The notes under the pieces: generated by a model
The model's input: only the letters and a program-made list of their open reading frames with translations
Database searches by the model: none
What the model was told of the DNA's origin: nothing
In this document: positions 59,984 to 64,000 of the stretch, in pieces
Numbering within the stretch: the stretch's first letter is position 1
Layout of the letters: every line of letters begins with the position of its first letter
Assembly (NCBI GenBank): GCA_020057295.1
Contig: JAGVGF010000001.1
Coordinates: 96,001 to 160,000, forward strand
DNA: 64,000 bases
Origin: an archaeon
Lineage (GTDB): Archaea; Nanobdellota; Nanobdellia; Woesearchaeales; UBA9642
Direction: 5' to 3'
Translations under genes and position numbers: made by a program

Positions 59984-60823
59984 TTATCCTATATAGTTTA
60001 CATCTGAATATTTTTTGTATTTCGCTGAATCTTTATCACTGCCTGAATCTGTGTTTTGATTTTCTCCAGGATTATCTACTTTCTTTATTTCTTTATCTAA
60101 CTTGTCTAGATTAATATTCAATTTATAATACTTATTTAGTATATATAATATATTCTTTGATCCTTTCAATCCTACGTATACTGGATGTCCAAATGTTTCT
60201 GCAAGTAAACAATATGCTTTAAGATTTTGTTTTCTTGCCATTCCTAATAATAATCCTGATATACCCATTATTGGACCGACCATTCCATAAATTTTCGGTT
60301 CATAAACAAACTTCTGTTTTGTAAATGATTTTGTTATTTCTTGAACAAAATTTTTATCATTACCCGTAATATATATTTTAGGAGTTTCTGGAACAGTACT
60401 TAATCCTATCCCTCCAAGTGTAACTAAATGTTTTGTGTTAAATTCTTTTAATAATTGAATAATCATTTCACAAAAATTGTATGATGCATGCTCATTAACA
60501 GGCTGTACATCTCCTGTAAGAAATAAGTAATCCTGAGTTCCTATATGTTTATAGTATAATTCCATTTTTGGTAAATCTACTAAATTTTCTTCATTAACAA
60601 AAACGGAATTTGGAAGATTTTTTGAAAAGAACGACATTAGAAGTTTTGCCTTTGTTTCCTCAATCAATATATCCATTGATATTTTGCCTACATTGCCAAT
60701 ACCAGGCATTCCCTCGATAATTATAGGATTAATAATTTTTTGGTTAGAATATTTAGTTATTTCCCATTCATTGATGTGAATTATATTAACAGTTTTTGGT
60801 ATAGAATTATTTTTCATCTTCAA
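59984..60823 (-). CDS. proteasome assembly chaperone (PAC2 family)
   Basis: IEGMPGIGNVGK, GDVQP and TLGG motifs; conserved position after nop10. Confidence 0.9.
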   Translation of the reverse strand: MKMKNNSIPKTVNIIHINEWEITKYSNQKIINPIIIEGMPGIGNVGKISMDILIEETKAKLLMSFFSKNLPNSVFVNEENLVDLPKMELYYKHIGTQDYLFLTGDVQPVNEHASYNFCEMIIQLLKEFNTKHLVTLGGIGLSTVPETPKIYITGNDKNFVQEITKSFTKQKFVYEPKIYGMVGPIMGISGLLLGMARKQNLKAYCLLAETFGHPVYVGLKGSKNILYILNKYYKLNINLDKLDKEIKKVDNPGENQNTDSGSDKDSAKYKKYSDVNYIG

Positions 60824-60971
60824 TCATCTTCTTAGCTTCTCTACGATATTTGCCGTATTTGTCTTCTGGAGAATACTTTGGTGGTTTAGGTTCTATCCTA
60901 TTTTGGCCGCAATCACACTGCTCTTTCATACTGTAACTTCCACATTTAGGGCATTTAAGAATATGTTTCAT
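60807..60971 (-). CDS. nop10: H/ACA RNP protein Nop10, not in the ORF track
   Basis: read manually: MKHILKCPKCGSYSMKEQCDCG...PPKYSPEDKYGKYRR. Confidence 0.92.
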   Translation of the reverse strand: MKHILKCPKCGSYSMKEQCDCGQNRIEPKPPKYSPEDKYGKYRREAKKMIEDEK

Positions 60972-61038
60972 GATACTTAGGAATTAATTAAATATATAAA
61001 ATTTTTGTAAATATGATGGTATAAGAGTTATTCTAAAA

Positions 61039-61830
61039 TTAACTTGCTGTATCTACAGCAATGTTTTTTACACGCTCATATTCAACTTGAGCTTTATGTT
61101 TCTTCATATATGCTGCAATACTGTCTGATGCATCTTTTAACATTTTTTCTACTGTTTTATAATCCGTACCCTTAACCATTATTCTATAACGTCCGCCACC
61201 AAGATATGATATTGTCATTCTATCTTTTATTACACTAGTAAGAGCGGTTCTTATGTCTTCAACACCATTTTCTTCCCAACTAGATATAGTAACATCTCCT
61301 GCTACAATTATTTCTTTTGGCTTAATTTTTTCTCTAATAGTTTTTTCTAATGCTTCAGCAATATTTTTATCAAAATAGTCTGATAATGTAATATTATTAT
61401 TTAAGAAGTCATCAAATGCTTGATGTATATAAAAATAATTTTCAAGTAATGGAACTGAGACTTTATCATATAATATTTTAGCGTCAATCTTTAATAAATG
61501 TGCTGTCATTTCTATAATCTTTTCAGATTTTAATTCTTGTTTTACTTCATCATTTTTTTGTCTACGTTGACCCTCACTTACTCTTCGTAATGATAAGTCA
61601 ATATATCCACGTTCTTGATTAACGTATAATACTTTACATACAATAACTTTTCCTTCAACAACATAATCTCTAATATTTCTTATTCTACCAGGAGCTACTT
61701 CAGAAATTGTAATCATACCCTGTTTATCGTATTCTTGAATATTTACAAATATAGAATTGTGCTGAATGTTAACTACATTACACATTACTAAGTCCGATTC
61801 TTCAGGAAATCCTGAACGTTTAATAAGCAT
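61039..61830 (-). CDS. eif2a: translation initiation factor aIF2 alpha
   Basis: S1 domain ISEVAPGRIRNIRD and GYIDLSLRRV. Confidence 0.95.
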   Translation of the reverse strand: MLIKRSGFPEESDLVMCNVVNIQHNSIFVNIQEYDKQGMITISEVAPGRIRNIRDYVVEGKVIVCKVLYVNQERGYIDLSLRRVSEGQRRQKNDEVKQELKSEKIIEMTAHLLKIDAKILYDKVSVPLLENYFYIHQAFDDFLNNNITLSDYFDKNIAEALEKTIREKIKPKEIIVAGDVTISSWEENGVEDIRTALTSVIKDRMTISYLGGGRYRIMVKGTDYKTVEKMLKDASDSIAAYMKKHKAQVEYERVKNIAVDTAS

Positions 61831-61844
61831 GTTGTTACCAGAAT

Positions 61845-62030
61845 TTACTCTAGAACTTCTAATACTCTAGCTTTAATCTTTGCCTTTCCACCTGTTGGAC
61901 TAGCAATTGTTCGACCACAAACTAGACAGTTAACTTCTGATGTTGCCTTACCAAATATTATCTGTTCATTCTTACATTTAGGACATCTGACTTTGATGAA
62001 CTTTGACACTGGCTCTCTAATAGCGACCAT
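61845..62030 (-). CDS. rps27e: ribosomal protein eS27
   Basis: VRCPKCKNEQIIF...CLVCG...PTGGKA. Confidence 0.96.
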   Translation of the reverse strand: MVAIREPVSKFIKVRCPKCKNEQIIFGKATSEVNCLVCGRTIASPTGGKAKIKARVLEVLE

Positions 62031-62085
62031 TTTTTTTACCTCTCAAACATAAATTAATATTTTAAAGTGATATATTCTAATTTAT

Positions 62086-62403
62086 CTAGATTATTTCTAC
62101 CTTTTTAGCTCTCTTACCTTGACTCTGAGTATGCTGCTTTCCGCAAGCTTTACAAGTATACCTGAAATCTGTCTTCTTAGTTAATTTCTTACCCGACATC
62201 TTTCTAGAACCAACGGGTGGTCTTGAAAATCTACCTTGGTTACCTGAACCTCTCCATGCTCCTCTTAATCTTAGTCTAGTATATGATGATCTGCTCTGCG
62301 TATGTACAGAACCGACACCCTTCTTTTTAGCCTGACTAACAGTATGTTCGGCATGTTTGTTACAATGTGGACAATGTCTCTTAATAGTCTTTGGAACTTT
62401 CAT
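62086..62403 (-). CDS. rpl44e: ribosomal protein eL42 (L44e)
   Basis: MKVPK...CPHCNKH...KLTKK...CKACGK. Confidence 0.93.
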   Translation of the reverse strand: MKVPKTIKRHCPHCNKHAEHTVSQAKKKGVGSVHTQSRSSYTRLRLRGAWRGSGNQGRFSRPPVGSRKMSGKKLTKKTDFRYTCKACGKQHTQSQGKRAKKVEII

Positions 62404-62566
62404 ATTACCCTCACAATAATAAAGATTATATCGAATATAAGGAATTTTAGGGTATTTATAAATATTTCTATATGTTTTTTTAAATATCAATCTAAAAATT
62501 AGCACGATTTGAGCTAATGTATAATAAAGTATTTAAATCGTTAAATTACCCTTCAATTAGAGCTTT

Positions 62567-63667
62567 ATGGATAAAATTAATTATAAGTCAAGAATTATTT
62601 CTTCAGAGCAGGCTAGGGAACATATTAAAGATGGCTATTTTGCTCTTGATCCTCATTGCCACACATCATATTCGTATGACGTGCCTGATGCTGTACAAAC
62701 TAATCCTGAAAATGTTATCAAAGTACAAAAAAATATTGGTTTAAGACCATTAGTATCAGATCATGATACATTGAATGGATATAATTATTTGAAACGTAAA
62801 GGATATTCTAAAATCATACCGGCTGTAGAATTAACATTTAGACCTAAAATTGCTAGGAAAGTAAATTTTAATGGCCCAATGCATACATTACACATAAATA
62901 TTTTTGGATTAAATAATAATGATTTAGTATCATTAAAAGATATTGCACATAGAGGAGATTTAGACGAGTTAGTAAGATATCTAAAACATAATGATTTAGA
63001 CTGGATGTATAATCATCCGTTCTGGCATGAAAAACATGAGCATTTGAATTGGCGTGTAATACCAGGACTTGCAAAAAATTATTTTGATATTATAGAGTTA
63101 AATGGCACATTTTCTAGGAGTATGAATGATATAGCGTTAAGGATGGCTCAAAATTTGAATAAGGGAGTAATAGCCAGCAGCGATAGTCATACAGGAAAGC
63201 CAGGTATAGGATATGTTATCGCTGAAGGTAAAAATTTTAAGGAATTTTGGGAAAATGTTAAGAATAAAAAAATGTATGTTATGAGACGTGACATGGGTAC
63301 ATTAGATATTGTTAGAGAAGGATCATTAATGATTAGTCAGGCAGTTAATGCAAAAATCCGTCCTATAAATGAAAAAAAATTCACTCCATCAACAGATTTT
63401 AAACCATTCAATACTCTGATGCGATCATTGACTAGCGGTAGTTTAAAAAATAAATTAATCATAAAAAAAGTTATTCAAATGGTAATACAAAGTATAAATT
63501 ATACGGCTGGACCGATATTGATTTGGAAATTTTACGTTAGTAAAGATGATAAGAATGCAGAATATATTAGAAGAAGAATTGCATTATTAACACATAAAAC
63601 TAATTTATCAAAATTAAATCATAAAAAGTATTCTACAAAAATAAGAAAAGATAATACTATATTATAA
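62567..63667 (+). CDS. PHP-domain metal-dependent phosphoesterase
   Basis: DPHCHT, SDHDT, NHPF and SSDSH motifs. Confidence 0.88.
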   Translation: MDKINYKSRIISSEQAREHIKDGYFALDPHCHTSYSYDVPDAVQTNPENVIKVQKNIGLRPLVSDHDTLNGYNYLKRKGYSKIIPAVELTFRPKIARKVNFNGPMHTLHINIFGLNNNDLVSLKDIAHRGDLDELVRYLKHNDLDWMYNHPFWHEKHEHLNWRVIPGLAKNYFDIIELNGTFSRSMNDIALRMAQNLNKGVIASSDSHTGKPGIGYVIAEGKNFKEFWENVKNKKMYVMRRDMGTLDIVREGSLMISQAVNAKIRPINEKKFTPSTDFKPFNTLMRSLTSGSLKNKLIIKKVIQMVIQSINYTAGPILIWKFYVSKDDKNAEYIRRRIALLTHKTNLSKLNHKKYSTKIRKDNTIL

Positions 63668-63705
63668 CAATATAGTAAAAAGAATAATAATGTTATTAGA
63701 AATAA

Positions 63706-64000
63706 CTAATTTACACGCATTTCTTCTGCACGATCCTTTTTAATGAGAATGTTAGCAATTTTTGAAGGCAGAGATGCTATGTCGTTCTCGTCGAATGGAC
63801 CGTAAGTTTCTAATTCTGAACCTAAAAATTTAGGCACTGGTTTAATAAACCGTACAGATTTTATACCATTATCATCTAAAATTTTATCTTCGGATTTACC
63901 GTTTATAGATTTTATTTCTAAAGTATCATATGCGGTTTTATTATCCATTACAGGCATTTTACCGGAATTAATATTAGTAATTATTGCAGAACGATATTTA
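63706..64000 (-). CDS. GINS subunit (Gins51) C-terminal domain; gene runs off the window
   Basis: VRFIKPVPKFLG...YGPF...LPSKIANILIKK; frame open to the window end; usual neighbour of rpl44e. Confidence 0.8.
   Translation of the reverse strand, partial: KYRSAIITNINSGKMPVMDNKTAYDTLEIKSINGKSEDKILDDNGIKSVRFIKPVPKFLGSELETYGPFDENDIASLPSKIANILIKKDRAEEMRVN

Overview
AT-rich archaeal chromosomal segment. Archaeal marker genes include TFB, TFE, aIF6, aIF2-alpha, Alba, GINS, eS17/eS27/eL42 and BHB-type tRNA introns. The compact gene set, the 16S start ATTCCCGTTGATCCTGCGGG and many class III signal-peptide genes suggest a DPANN lineage such as Woesearchaeota (inference, not searched). Most of the window is housekeeping: one 16S-tRNA-Ala-23S operon on the minus strand with no adjacent 5S seen, seven tRNA genes (two with 37/38 introns), translation, transcription and secretion genes, and sugar genes, several of them bacterial-type (glk, glgC, prs). 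Standouts are: (1) a free-standing two-motif LAGLIDADG endonuclease that overlaps tRNA-Arg(UCG) and is bracketed by a 35/41 direct repeat containing a second, recoded tRNA 3' half; (2) an adjacent orphan island with an Mrr-like nuclease, a coupled membrane/HTH operon and TACGGAAA operator-like sites; (3) an intron-containing tRNA-Ile(UAU); (4) a covarying tandem hairpin repeat upstream of ileS; (5) an archaeal Lgt with altered catalytic residues; (6) pilin pairs with homogenised N-terminal DNA. No CRISPR array, integrase or transposase was seen. All family calls come from motif recognition by eye; no searches were run.
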